From Deferribacterales bacterium (GTDB lineage Bacteria; Chrysiogenota; Deferribacteres; Deferribacterales; Geovibrionaceae), in the NCBI GenBank assembly GCA_050251945.1, contig JBFWLW010000014.1, positions 1 to 63,406 of the forward strand: a DNA stretch of 63,406 nucleotides, read 5' to 3'. The notes under the pieces are model-generated. The model had not been told where the DNA came from. It worked only from the letters and a program-made list of their open reading frames with translations, and did not search any database. Both the position numbers and the translations under genes were made by a program. Position 1 is the first letter of the stretch. Each line of letters begins with the position of its first letter. Below, piece by piece: positions 1 through 10,019 of the stretch.

Positions 1-29
1 TCTTCGGGGGTAAACTCACGTTCGAGCAT
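1..29 (-). CDS. N-terminal fragment of a gene running off the left edge (MLEREFTPE...)
   Basis: ATG at 29-27 on the minus strand preceded by AAAGGAGAG RBS; too short to identify. Confidence 0.5.
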
Positions 30-60
30 GAACTCTCTCCTTTAAATTTAGTGTATACGA

Positions 61-96
61 AAAAAAGCCCTTTAGCTATTCGCTAAGGGGCTTTTT
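61..96. terminator. Intrinsic terminator hairpin (A/T tracts both sides)
   Basis: AAAAAGCCCTTTAGC-TATTC-GCTAAGGGGCTTTTT. Confidence 0.75.
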
Positions 97-143
97 ATTA
101 GTGTCCTAATTTAAGGATACAGTTCAAAAGGCGGGTTTATTTA

Positions 144-629
144 TTATTCCGGCAGTTTCTGCTCAAAAGCTTTCAGTAAGCTGTTCAGTGAGTCTATCTG
201 CTCTCCCGTCAATCCGCCGGTTATGCGCGCTTCTTCCTCAATATGGGCTTTAAGACACATGGTGACAGTTTCAAATCCTGTATCCGTGAGCTGTACGGGC
301 AGGCTTCTTTTGTCGCTGCTGTCTTTAATTCTTTTTACAAGCCCTCTTTTCTCCAGATGGGTCAGTCTGTTCGTCATAGTTCCAGAAGTCACCATCAGCG
401 TGTCGAAAAGTTTTGTGGGACTGAGGCAATAGGGTTCGCCGGATCTGCGCAGTGTCGCAAGAACATCAAATTCCCATCGGGTCAGTCCGAACTTTGCAAA
501 ATTCTCCTCAAGCAGTTTTGATAGAAGAGTATAAAGTCTTGTCATTCGCCCCAGAAGCTCCATGGGGGCAAGACTCTCGGTTATCCCTTCGTCTTTCCAT
601 TGCTGAATTATTCTGTCAACTGCGTCCAT
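144..629 (-). CDS. pecS: MarR-family regulator, PecS/UrtR (urate-responsive) subfamily
   Basis: N-terminal helix DAVDRIIQQW, EFDVLATLRRSG, SGTMTNRL; divergent from a PecM-like exporter. Confidence 0.8.
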   Translation of the reverse strand: MDAVDRIIQQWKDEGITESLAPMELLGRMTRLYTLLSKLLEENFAKFGLTRWEFDVLATLRRSGEPYCLSPTKLFDTLMVTSGTMTNRLTHLEKRGLVKRIKDSSDKRSLPVQLTDTGFETVTMCLKAHIEEEARITGGLTGEQIDSLNSLLKAFEQKLPE

Positions 630-633
630 AGTT

Positions 634-691
634 ACCTCAATTTATCTTGACATTAAGATAAATATGTCTTAACGTCAAGATATATTGAGGT
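634..691. promoter_or_regulatory. Two PecS-type operators (643-660, 665-682) inside a 58-bp inverted repeat
   Basis: TATCTT-N6-AAGATA and TGTCTT-N6-AAGATA between divergent pecS and pecM. Confidence 0.8.
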
Positions 692-1562
692 GATGATAAT
701 GCAAAACGGAAAATTAATCCAGCTAAGTTTGCTTACGGCTCTTGCACCCATGATATGGGGTTCCACATATATTGTTACGACTGAGCTTCTGCCGGAGGGC
801 AGACCGTTCATCGCAGCGGCGATAAGGGTTCTTCCTGCGGGGCTTTTTCTTCTTTTAATAAGCAGAAAACTTCCTTTATGGAAAGACCTGCCGAGAGTGC
901 TTCTGCTGTCGTTTCTGAACATAGCATTTTTTCAGGCGATGCTTTTCGTTGCCGCCTATAAACTGCCGGGCGGAATAGCGGGTGCGATCGGTTCTGTCCA
1001 GCCGCTGTTTGTGATATTTTTCATATGGTTTTTTGAATCGGCGAAACCGAAACTGACGTCCCTTATTTTCACTTTGACCGCGATGGCAGGTATGCTGATG
1101 ATTCTGGTTCGCGGCAATGTTGAGCTTAATACGGCGGGGGTTGTATGCGGCTTTGCAGGCGCCGTTGCTATGGCACTTGGCATATATCTGTCATCAAAAT
1201 GGAAATTCGGGGTGTCAAACCTGACGTTTACCGGGTGGCAGCTTCTTTTCGGCGGTATAATGCTTCTGCCTGTGGCGCTTATTCTGGAACCGCTTCCGGA
1301 GGCGCTGGTTCTCAAAAACTATATCGGCTACGCATATCTCTGCGTTTTCGGCGCGCTTGTCAGTTATTTCCTGTGGTTTCGCGGGATAACAGGAGGTTTG
1401 CCGCCGCTGGCGGTTGCTTTGCTCGGTTTTTTAAGTCCTGTGACGGCTATTTTCAATGACTTGCTGTTTCTTGACAAGAATCTGACCGCAATTCAGTATG
1501 CAGGCTTTGTTCTTGTCCTTTTCAGCATAGCAATGGTTCAGAAAAGCGTGTTGAAAAAATGA
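690..1562 (+). CDS. pecM: EamA/DMT exporter, PecM-like (likely start ATG 699)
   Basis: LTALAPMIWGSTYIVTTELLP N-terminus, two EamA repeats, ~10 TM segments. Confidence 0.8.
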   Translation: MMIMQNGKLIQLSLLTALAPMIWGSTYIVTTELLPEGRPFIAAAIRVLPAGLFLLLISRKLPLWKDLPRVLLLSFLNIAFFQAMLFVAAYKLPGGIAGAIGSVQPLFVIFFIWFFESAKPKLTSLIFTLTAMAGMLMILVRGNVELNTAGVVCGFAGAVAMALGIYLSSKWKFGVSNLTFTGWQLLFGGIMLLPVALILEPLPEALVLKNYIGYAYLCVFGALVSYFLWFRGITGGLPPLAVALLGFLSPVTAIFNDLLFLDKNLTAIQYAGFVLVLFSIAMVQKSVLKK

Positions 1563-1758
1563 ATTGCAGCCTAGGCTGACACTTTAAATATTGTTGTGCA
1601 AAAAATACTCAATTATGTTGCTTTATTCTTCCGATATAAGTATAACTGATGTTGGAAAAGGCTGTTGTATAAAGGATAATTTTCCCCATAATTAAACTTC
1701 CTTAACTTTAAATAATCGTTTAATTTACTAATAGCCAGAATAATATTGCGGATAATTT

Positions 1759-3591
1759 ATGAACAAAATTAAATTTCGTCCATTCGGTTGGTTTATTCTT
1801 GCCAACTCTTTTATGGCTGTTCTTGTTGCAGCCCGTTATTTTGAATTTTTTCCCGGTGATTCTTTTACAGTTCTTTCCCGTTTATTTGCTTTAGCATCAA
1901 CCTTTGGACATATGGCATTTCTTGCCGCTGTGCTTGGGCTGGTGTTTTTTCCTGTTGTTCTGATAAAAAACAGTTTACTGCGCAGGGCGGTTTTGGCCTT
2001 TGCGGGTGCCTTTGGTTTGACTGTTCTGTTCATCGACACCATTGTGTTCGCACAGTACCGATTTCATATAAATTCTGTTGTGCTCGGGCTTATAATGTCC
2101 GGTGATATAGTTTCGTTCCCGCTTATTATGTGGGCTACTGTTACAGGTGCTTTCATAGCCGTTGTTGCTCTTGAATACGTCATAATATATCTGCTGGAAA
2201 AACGCATATACTATATACGCCTGCGGGTCGGGCGCACAATTGGCATCTGTTTTCTTCTGGCGCTTCTCGCGGCAAATCTCATAAACATATGGGGAGTTGC
2301 CAATGCCAACCAGTCGGTTGCAATGGTCAAACGCTATCTGCCTTTGTATTACCCTGCCGCCGCAAACTCGTTTCTTGCAAAATTCGGACTTGTAGACCTT
2401 TATGCTCTTGATGCACAGCAGACTCTGACGGCAGAGGAAAACGGCGATCTGAACTATCCTGTTAATCCGATACAGGGCTCAACCGTGAAGCAGCCTAAGA
2501 ACATAATGTTTATAGTTATAGATTCATGGCGGTACGATACGCTTACGCCTGAGATCGCTCCCAACATCTGGAAAGAAGCAGAGAAGGGGGTTCTTTACAA
2601 AGACCATATGTCTACTGGTAATTCCACAAGAACAGGTATATTCGGTTTGTTTTATGGGATTCCGGGGACGTATTGGCACTCTTTTGCGGCGAATAGGCGC
2701 TCCGCTTCCATCATGGACAGGATGCAGGCGCTGGGTTATCAGACGGGAATATTCGCGTCAGCACAGCTTATCAGACCTGAATTTAACCGAACCGTTTTCA
2801 GAAATATCCCGAATCTGCGTATAAAATCTGACGGTGAATCTGCATCCGAAAAGGACAGAGACATTACGAACGACTGGAAAGAGTGGTTCGCAAAAGCAGA
2901 CCATAAAAAGCCGATGTTTACGTTCCTGTTCTATGATTCGCCCCACGCATACGACTTTCCGGCTGATTTTAAGCCGAAATTCGAGCCGATGCTTGAGGAG
3001 ATGAACTACCTGAAACTGGACAACGACACTGATCCGACTCCGCTTTTTAACAGGTATAAGACAAGTGTGCGATACACTGACAGCCTTATCAAAGAGGTTC
3101 TGGATACGGTGCGTAAAGCGGGAATAATGGAAGATACTCTTATAGTTTTTACAGGTGACCACGGACAGGAGATGAACGACAATAAACTCAATTTCTGGGG
3201 ACATAACGGAAACTATACGAACGCGCAGATAAAGGTACCTTTTGTCCTTGTGGGACCGGATGTTAAAGAGAAGGCAAACCCTGAATATTTCAACGCGCTG
3301 ACCTCACACGAAGACCTTGTTCCGACAGTTATGAAGAACTATCTCGGCGTGACAAACGATACGAGAGATTATTCAACAGGAACAGACCTCTATGGCGGTT
3401 ATAAGAAAAGAGACTGGGTGATATCGTCAAAATACAGCGGCTATGCCGTGATTACGGATGAGAATATAGTCGAGATAAGCTCAATGGGCGGCTATGAGAT
3501 TCTGGACAAGACCGGTCGCCCTGTCAAAAAGAAACTTGATACCTCCAGTATGAAGGACGTGCTTAAGGAGATAAGCAGATATCTGAAATAA
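1759..3591 (+). CDS. YejM/PbgA-like inner-membrane protein (DUF3413 TM region + sulfatase-fold periplasmic domain)
   Basis: Five N-terminal TM helices, DTIVFAQYRFHIN, NIMFIVIDSWR, TGDHGQEMND...WGHN. Confidence 0.8.
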   Translation: MNKIKFRPFGWFILANSFMAVLVAARYFEFFPGDSFTVLSRLFALASTFGHMAFLAAVLGLVFFPVVLIKNSLLRRAVLAFAGAFGLTVLFIDTIVFAQYRFHINSVVLGLIMSGDIVSFPLIMWATVTGAFIAVVALEYVIIYLLEKRIYYIRLRVGRTIGICFLLALLAANLINIWGVANANQSVAMVKRYLPLYYPAAANSFLAKFGLVDLYALDAQQTLTAEENGDLNYPVNPIQGSTVKQPKNIMFIVIDSWRYDTLTPEIAPNIWKEAEKGVLYKDHMSTGNSTRTGIFGLFYGIPGTYWHSFAANRRSASIMDRMQALGYQTGIFASAQLIRPEFNRTVFRNIPNLRIKSDGESASEKDRDITNDWKEWFAKADHKKPMFTFLFYDSPHAYDFPADFKPKFEPMLEEMNYLKLDNDTDPTPLFNRYKTSVRYTDSLIKEVLDTVRKAGIMEDTLIVFTGDHGQEMNDNKLNFWGHNGNYTNAQIKVPFVLVGPDVKEKANPEYFNALTSHEDLVPTVMKNYLGVTNDTRDYSTGTDLYGGYKKRDWVISSKYSGYAVITDENIVEISSMGGYEILDKTGRPVKKKLDTSSMKDVLKEISRYLK

Positions 3592-3648
3592 GTTAATCCT
3601 GAGTGCATTGCCGCGTACAGGTGGTATACTATACTATGAGGTGCGGGC

Positions 3649-6276
3649 ATGTTCCATAGTTTGGATGTTAAACAGGCTTTGGAAAGATCGGGCAGCTTGG
3701 AAAACGGGCTTTCTTTTCCGGAAGCTGCCAAACGCCTTGAACTATACGGCAGAAACAGGCTTGCTGAACCAAAAGGCAAAAGCCGTTTTGCTATGTTCAT
3801 TGAACAGTTTAAAAGTGTCCTCATTGTCATCCTTCTGATTGCAACGGTTATTTCCTTTGCCGTGGGCGAAGTTATGGACGCGATAGTCATATTCGCCATC
3901 GTTGTTATGAACGCCGCCATCGGGTTCTATCTCGAGATCAAAGCCGAAAAATCCATAAATCTTCTGAAACAGCTCCTTTCTCTCAGAGCCAGAGTTCTGC
4001 GCGGCGGCGAAATTTCCGATATCGATTCGGAATACCTCGTTCCGGGAGATATAGTTTTGCTTGAAAGCGGCAGCAGAGTGCCTGCCGACCTTTATATTAT
4101 TGAATCGGCGGATATACGCGTGGACCAGTCAGCACTGACGGGTGAATCGGTTCCTGTTGGGAAAAACGTCTGTGCTTTGCCTCCTGAAACGCCTTTAGCG
4201 GACAGGCAGAACGTTGCATGTATGGGTACCACCGTCACTGCCGGACGGGGCAGCGGACTCGTTTTCGGAACGGGCATGAACACTGAGTTCGGCAAGATCG
4301 CCGGACTGGCACAGAGCATGGAAACGGGCGACACCCGCCTTAAACAGAAGCTGGACAAGCTGGGACGCAAACTTGGGATGATTTCCCTTCTTATTGCGTT
4401 CGGAATTTTTCTTCTGGGTATTTTTCAGGAGCGTGGTGTTCTTGAAATGTTCCTGCTGGGCGTTTCTCTTGCCGTAGCCGTTATTCCGGAAGGTCTGCCT
4501 GCCGTTGTTACAATAACCCTTGCGCTGGGCGTTCGCAGCATGGTGAAAAAAAACTGTCTCATCCGCAACCTCTCCGCCACAGAGACGCTGGGTGAGGTTT
4601 CCGTTATATGCACTGATAAAACGGGGACACTGACTCAGAATGAAATGACTGTCAGAAAAGTGTATTTTGACGGAAAGATATACGACGTGTCCGGCAGTGG
4701 ATATGAGCCGAATGGAAGTTTCTCGTTTGAAGGAAGAACTGTCGAACCCGCTGTGCCGGAAGAACTTATCCGCGCGGGAGTCATGTGCAACCATGCGGTG
4801 ATAAATAAAAAAGAGGGAAGATGGGTTTCTATCGGGGATTCCACAGAAGGTGCGCTGATTGTTCTGGGGATGAAGGCCGGAATTACAAAGGATATGAAAC
4901 CTGTTCGTGAGGTGGCGTTTACCTCTTCCAGAAAGCGTATGACATCAGTGTTCTTTGACGGGCGGAAATTCAGAATATATGCGAAGGGTGCGCCTGAACA
5001 GATTTTGCCGCGCTGCACAGGGTATATTAAAGACGGTGTTGTCGAGAGACTTGATAATACCGATGCACTTATGTACGTTTACAATTCACTCGCCGGCGGC
5101 GGTCTGCGTATACTGGCTCTGGGCAGGCGCGAAGCGGAGAGCGTTGATGTTTCCGACGAGGAGCTTGAGAGCGGTTTCATCTTCCTCGGTTTTTCCTGCA
5201 TCGCCGACCCGCCCAGACCGGAAGTTCCGGAGGCTGTCAGAAAAGCCCATGATGCGGGGATAGATGTTATCATGGTGACAGGTGATTCGCCTGTTACGGC
5301 GAAATCTATAGGCGCTGAGATAGGTATACAGACTTCAGAGGTTGTTACCGGTGTTGACCTCGACAGAATGGACGATGGGGTGCTGGCGGAAAAACTTAAA
5401 TCATGCCGGATCTTTGCGAGGGTTACACCTGAGCATAAATTCAGGATTGTGGAAGTGCTGCAGAGAAACGGACGTGTCACAGCCATGACAGGGGACGGTG
5501 TGAATGATGCGCCCGCACTTAAAAAGTCGGATGTCGGCATCGCAATGGGTATCCGAGGAACGGATGTTGCAAAGGACGCTTCGGATATGATTCTGGTGGA
5601 CGACAACTTTGCAAGCATTATTGATGGTGTGGAAGAGGGACGAAGGCAGTATGAGAACATACAGCGGGTTACACGCTATCTGCTTTCGGCAAATTTCGGC
5701 GAAATAGTCACTATTCTTACCGCCATGCTGCTTAAACTGCCGGTTATACTGTTTGCCGTGCAGATTTTATGGATAAATCTTGCCACTGACGGAGTGCTGG
5801 CGCTGGCGCTGGGTACGGATTCGTCCGCAAAGGACAGTATGAAACAGCCACCCAGAAATCCGAATACCGCTATATTGACAAAAGAGGTCATGGCGTATCT
5901 GCTGACGATGGGAGTGTGGATTGGCGGGCTTACTGTGGGGATATTCGCCTATCTGCTTTATTGCGGTGAACCGGAGACTGAAGCGAGAAGCGCAGCCTTT
6001 GTGGGGCTTATCATCTTTGAGATGGTGCACATTTTCAATTTTAGGGATATCAATACTTCCGTGTTCAAAAAAAGCTATTTTGACAATATGAACCTGAATA
6101 TTGTATGGGCTGTGACCTTTGCCGCACAGCTTTTCATAATATATCTGCCTGAGGCTCAGGAACTTTTTTATACGATGGATATGACACTTTCAGACTGGTT
6201 TGATATCGCACTGCTGAGCGCTTCCGTTATTCTTATGACCGAGGTGTACAGAGTGGCTGTCAGATACAGGCTTTAG
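3649..6276 (+). CDS. Cation-transporting P-type ATPase (P2A/Ca2+-type)
   Basis: TGES, IPEGLP, DKTGTLT, KGAPE, MTGDGVNDAPAL. Confidence 0.92.
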   Translation: MFHSLDVKQALERSGSLENGLSFPEAAKRLELYGRNRLAEPKGKSRFAMFIEQFKSVLIVILLIATVISFAVGEVMDAIVIFAIVVMNAAIGFYLEIKAEKSINLLKQLLSLRARVLRGGEISDIDSEYLVPGDIVLLESGSRVPADLYIIESADIRVDQSALTGESVPVGKNVCALPPETPLADRQNVACMGTTVTAGRGSGLVFGTGMNTEFGKIAGLAQSMETGDTRLKQKLDKLGRKLGMISLLIAFGIFLLGIFQERGVLEMFLLGVSLAVAVIPEGLPAVVTITLALGVRSMVKKNCLIRNLSATETLGEVSVICTDKTGTLTQNEMTVRKVYFDGKIYDVSGSGYEPNGSFSFEGRTVEPAVPEELIRAGVMCNHAVINKKEGRWVSIGDSTEGALIVLGMKAGITKDMKPVREVAFTSSRKRMTSVFFDGRKFRIYAKGAPEQILPRCTGYIKDGVVERLDNTDALMYVYNSLAGGGLRILALGRREAESVDVSDEELESGFIFLGFSCIADPPRPEVPEAVRKAHDAGIDVIMVTGDSPVTAKSIGAEIGIQTSEVVTGVDLDRMDDGVLAEKLKSCRIFARVTPEHKFRIVEVLQRNGRVTAMTGDGVNDAPALKKSDVGIAMGIRGTDVAKDASDMILVDDNFASIIDGVEEGRRQYENIQRVTRYLLSANFGEIVTILTAMLLKLPVILFAVQILWINLATDGVLALALGTDSSAKDSMKQPPRNPNTAILTKEVMAYLLTMGVWIGGLTVGIFAYLLYCGEPETEARSAAFVGLIIFEMVHIFNFRDINTSVFKKSYFDNMNLNIVWAVTFAAQLFIIYLPEAQELFYTMDMTLSDWFDIALLSASVILMTEVYRVAVRYRL

Positions 6277-6292
6277 ATAACGCCCCCGGCAT
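6276..6292. repeat. att-like 17-bp direct repeat of the tRNA-Arg 3' end
   Basis: GATAACGCCCCCGGCAT, identical to 11219-11235. Confidence 0.8.
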
Positions 6293-6317
6293 AGTCAGCT
6301 TCTTTACTGACTTTTTT
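6293..6317 (+). terminator. Hairpin + U-tract after the ATPase gene
   Basis: AGTCAG-CTTCTTTA-CTGACT followed by TTTTT. Confidence 0.5.
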
Positions 6318-6402
6318 CGGAACAATAATAATCCGCCGCGGAGTAGAAACAAAGACGAAACATGTTTATCATAAAAAGTCTTATTCTAAAGCGGGGGATC
6401 AA

Positions 6403-7608
6403 GTGTATAGAGAAAGAACGGTTAAAATTTCAGAGCTTATTTTTTTAGGGTCACTGTATATTACACAGACGATTGGTTTCAGCTTTTTCATAGAGGCGCT
6501 GGTTTCAATTCTTCGTAAAAACAACGCGCCTCTCCAAAATATCAGCTTCATTTATCTTCTTGGCTTCTTTTGGCTGTTCAAATTCCTCTGGGCGCCTGTT
6601 GTAGACAGATTTTCCCCATTGAAAAGATGGAAGTACAAAGGGTGGCTTATACTGATACAGCTTCTGTCCATAGCTACTCTGATCGCAACGGCAGGCTTCA
6701 GCGTCAAAAATGATCTTATACCCATTGCCATGATGGGGCTCTCCATCGGCTTTTTGTCGTCGACCCATGATGTGGTTGTGGATGCGCTCGCATACGGACT
6801 TCTCAGCGAAAAGGACAGAGGCATAGGCAACGCTGTTAAGACCGCAGGAGGCATGCTCGGCGCTATGGTCGGCGGCGGTATAGGGCTGATGCTTTACGAA
6901 TATTTCGGCTGGGAAATCTGCATATATATCCTTACTGGAGTTACGTCTGTTTCGCTGCTGCAGCTTTTCTTATTTAAAGAGCCGGAATTCAGACCGCAGG
7001 TGCAAAGCAGAAGCGGCTATGTTACTTATTTTTTCAGATACTGGAAACAGGGCAGGCTTAAATGGTTTATCCTGCTTCTTTATTATCCCATCGGTATTTA
7101 CATAGGCTATTCTCTGATCGCTCCTATACTGGTTGACAGCGGATGGAGGCTTGACGCCATCGGACTGGTGGTTAACTTCATCGGAGCCGCAGTCGGTGCA
7201 GTCGCGGCTTTTATGACAGGTTATATTGTCAGGCGTTTCGGGCGCAGGAACGTTCTCGTCTGGCTTTCGGTTTTTCAGGGCGTCGCTATTATGCTTCTGT
7301 TGCTAATCACAAAGGGACACAATAATGTTTTTATCGTCCTTTTGTCCGTCTGTTTGATAATCATAACATACAGTCCATCGGCAACGATTCTTTTTACAAT
7401 CATGATGGATCAGGTTTCTGCCGAAAAACCTGCCACCGATTATGCCATGCAGCACAGTCTTTATCTTATGGTAGGATTTATCAGCGGCTTTGGCGGAACC
7501 GCTCTGTCAGGGTACATTGGATATAGTTCCGTTGTTGCCGCCGCCGCCTTGCTGGCATTCGGCTCAGCCTTAGCCTCTGCTTTCCTTTACAGACCCCATA
7601 CAGTTTAA
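6403..7608 (+). CDS. MFS permease, AmpG/RhtX/FptX siderophore-transporter type
   Basis: KFLWAPVVDR, SSTHDVVVDA (cf. ATQDIAVDA of the AmpG family), ~12 TM; adjacent to a TonB receptor. Confidence 0.75.
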   Translation: MYRERTVKISELIFLGSLYITQTIGFSFFIEALVSILRKNNAPLQNISFIYLLGFFWLFKFLWAPVVDRFSPLKRWKYKGWLILIQLLSIATLIATAGFSVKNDLIPIAMMGLSIGFLSSTHDVVVDALAYGLLSEKDRGIGNAVKTAGGMLGAMVGGGIGLMLYEYFGWEICIYILTGVTSVSLLQLFLFKEPEFRPQVQSRSGYVTYFFRYWKQGRLKWFILLLYYPIGIYIGYSLIAPILVDSGWRLDAIGLVVNFIGAAVGAVAAFMTGYIVRRFGRRNVLVWLSVFQGVAIMLLLLITKGHNNVFIVLLSVCLIIITYSPSATILFTIMMDQVSAEKPATDYAMQHSLYLMVGFISGFGGTALSGYIGYSSVVAAAALLAFGSALASAFLYRPHTV

Positions 7609-7638
7609 GCAAAATAAAGGCTCCCGTTCGGGGAGCCT

Positions 7639-7779
7639 CAGACTGATGACAAAGTCAGGAAAATGCGAGATCGCGTCGTCGCATGCGCTCCTCGCGAAGA
7701 CAAAAACCGTCTCTGCGAGGAACATGGCGACGAAGCAGCCTCATTGGATTTCATCAAAATTGAGTTTGTCAAAAACCTG
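7639..7779 (+). mobile_element. MITE copy A (IS1182-like ends, REP-like doublet inside)
   Basis: Ends CAGACTGATGACAAA / TTTGTCAAAAACCTG; flanked by duplicated hairpin AGGCTCCCGTT(C)GGGGAGCCT at 7618-7638 and 7780-7799. Confidence 0.8.
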
Positions 7780-7861
7780 AGGCTCCCGTTGGGGAGCCTC
7801 TTAATATCTCTTTGTCCGAAAGACCTGCAGTTTTCAGACAGGAGGAATGTGTTCTGATTTA

Positions 7862-9940
7862 TCAGAATCTGTATGTAACTTCCATACCGACAGTTCTGGG
7901 TTCGCCCATATAGTTGAACGCAGTTCCTGTTCCGCCGTCACGCATCCATGTGAAATATTCCCTGTCAGTCAGGTTTCTTACGAAAAGGTAGATATCATAT
8001 CCTTTCTCCGATTCATAACCGGCTTTAACATTGAGTATCTCGTATGAATCCTCGGTCTTATCAGATGAGTTGGATTTTGTGTAGTATGTCTTGCCAGTGT
8101 GCTTTATGTCGAATATGCCCACAAGTCCGGAAGAGTGTCTGTATGAAACTCCGGCAGTTCCTGTGAATTTTGGTGCGCCGACCATGTATTTTCCGTCATA
8201 ATCAATCGAATCCACAACAAAATCATCATATTTCGCTTCTGTAAGCCCTGCTGTGGCGAATATATCCAGTCCTTTGGCAACGCGTGCGGCAAAGTCTGTC
8301 TCTATACCGGTAGTATGTGCCTTTCCGGCATTTTTGATAACGACGATGTTTGATGCGTAGAGAGTTTCGAGAACCTGAAGATCGTCATATTCCGTGTGAA
8401 AGACGTTTGCATTGAGCATTATCCTGTTGTCCATAAACTTGGATTTAACGCCTATTTCATAGTTGACTGATTTGGTTTCGTTGAAGTCTGCATAATCTTT
8501 GTCAGATGTGCTGTAATTGAAACCGCCCGGAGTGTAGCCCTGCGATATAAGAGCATAGAAATTCAGATTGTCCGCTGGTTTGTATGTCAGCGCAATCTTG
8601 CCCAGAGCAGCAGACCAGTTCTTGTCAACCGAGTAGCTATCGTCTGACAAAGCGGAACCGTTCATCAGCATTTCAAGCCTGTAATCCATCTCTCTTTCTG
8701 TTTTCTCATAACGTCCGCCAAGGGTGAGTGCGAATTCATCTGAGAAAAGAGGTATGGTTGCTTCCGCAAATGCCGCTGTGGTTTCAGAATCAATCTCCGG
8801 CATGTAGTTGTAAGTGTAGTTCACGGAACCCATGTCAAGGATGTTTGAGAACTTGTTGACGTCCATTTTGCTGTTGTCATAGTACAGACCGCCAAGCCAT
8901 TTTATACGGCTTTTGCCGGTGGAGCTTATCCTTAATTCCTGCGTATAGGTTGGCAGTTCAAAATCCTGTATCCCGACAAGATATGCATAGCCGTATTGGT
9001 AACCCATCAGATTGGTTTCGTCTGTATCAACGTTCTTGTATGAGGTGATGGATTCTATATTGAAATTGTCCATAGCGAATCTCATGTTGAGAAGCAGTAC
9101 GTCTGTGGATGATTGTGAATCATCATACTGATCCTTGGTATAACCGGTGTAAACGTCGTATGTGTGGGAGTCCGAGAACACAAGGGGCGGGTTGTTGCCC
9201 GTTGCTTTGTCGTGAGCGTATTTCAGCGTTATATCGCTGTTTTGTGTGGGTGTGGCGCGCAACTTTGCAGAATAGAAATATTTCTTGCTTCCGGCTATGT
9301 CCTTTTCGCCGCCAGGGGTGTGATCTTCAATATAGCCGTCAGTTTGCGCATAACCTCCGGAAATTCCGAAATACAGCTTATCCTTTTTTATGGGACCGGA
9401 AAGCGCGAACTTTGTTTTGAAAGTATCGCGTTCCTCCACGGTGAAGCCGATGCTTCCGGTATAAACATCTGCAGGCTGTTTTGTTACAACGTTGATAACG
9501 CCACTCATGGCGTTTTTACCGTAAAGTGTTCCCTGCGGTCCGCGAAGAACTTCAATACGCTCAATATCCTCAAACGTGAAGTTATACCCGTAGTTGCTGT
9601 CGCTGGGCAGACCGTCCACGTTCAGCACCATCGGCGTTGTGGCGAGATACTCGTTCGATGTCATTCCTCTGGAAACGATCCACGTCTGGTTAAGACCCCA
9701 GTTTGAATCTATAACAACGTTGGGAACGTATCTGCCGACATCGGAAACCTTATTCATTCCTGCATCCTGAATAAAAGTATCGGTCATAACATTCATGGGT
9801 ACAGCTACCTGCTGAGCGTCCTCGGTACGCTTGCCCGCCGTTACGTTAATTGTTTCAAGCTGAATCTCTTCTGCTTTTGCTGTACCTGCAAACAGTGCTG
9901 CCACCATTACGGCACAGATAAGATACGAAATCCTCTTCAT
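7862..9940 (-). CDS. TonB-dependent (siderophore-type) outer-membrane receptor
   Basis: GGAGGAG RBS before ATG 9940, signal peptide, TonB box ETINVTA, IERIEVLRGPQGTLYG, C-terminal YRF. Confidence 0.92.
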   Translation of the reverse strand: MKRISYLICAVMVAALFAGTAKAEEIQLETINVTAGKRTEDAQQVAVPMNVMTDTFIQDAGMNKVSDVGRYVPNVVIDSNWGLNQTWIVSRGMTSNEYLATTPMVLNVDGLPSDSNYGYNFTFEDIERIEVLRGPQGTLYGKNAMSGVINVVTKQPADVYTGSIGFTVEERDTFKTKFALSGPIKKDKLYFGISGGYAQTDGYIEDHTPGGEKDIAGSKKYFYSAKLRATPTQNSDITLKYAHDKATGNNPPLVFSDSHTYDVYTGYTKDQYDDSQSSTDVLLLNMRFAMDNFNIESITSYKNVDTDETNLMGYQYGYAYLVGIQDFELPTYTQELRISSTGKSRIKWLGGLYYDNSKMDVNKFSNILDMGSVNYTYNYMPEIDSETTAAFAEATIPLFSDEFALTLGGRYEKTEREMDYRLEMLMNGSALSDDSYSVDKNWSAALGKIALTYKPADNLNFYALISQGYTPGGFNYSTSDKDYADFNETKSVNYEIGVKSKFMDNRIMLNANVFHTEYDDLQVLETLYASNIVVIKNAGKAHTTGIETDFAARVAKGLDIFATAGLTEAKYDDFVVDSIDYDGKYMVGAPKFTGTAGVSYRHSSGLVGIFDIKHTGKTYYTKSNSSDKTEDSYEILNVKAGYESEKGYDIYLFVRNLTDREYFTWMRDGGTGTAFNYMGEPRTVGMEVTYRF

Positions 9941-10019
9941 ATACTCCTCCGGAAAATTCTTAATAAATTTACGCATTTTCTTGCAAATGTTTCTACCCAC
10001 CGGTGGAGCAACAGTTATC

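Noticed and set aside
3..86. Open plus-strand frame ending at TAA 84-86 considered as an IS3 OrfB C-terminus
   Set aside because: Lacks the YN-x2-R-x-H motif; the minus-strand RBS/ATG is a better explanation
7663..7857. 64-aa ORF in the ORF track
   Set aside because: Lies across MITE copy A and its duplicated hairpin; a by-product of the repeat
9941..10000. Extended N-termini from the ORF track (TonB receptor, rubredoxin, lptD, accD, pdxA, aroC)
   Set aside because: Downstream starts have better RBSs, signal peptides or family-typical N-termini
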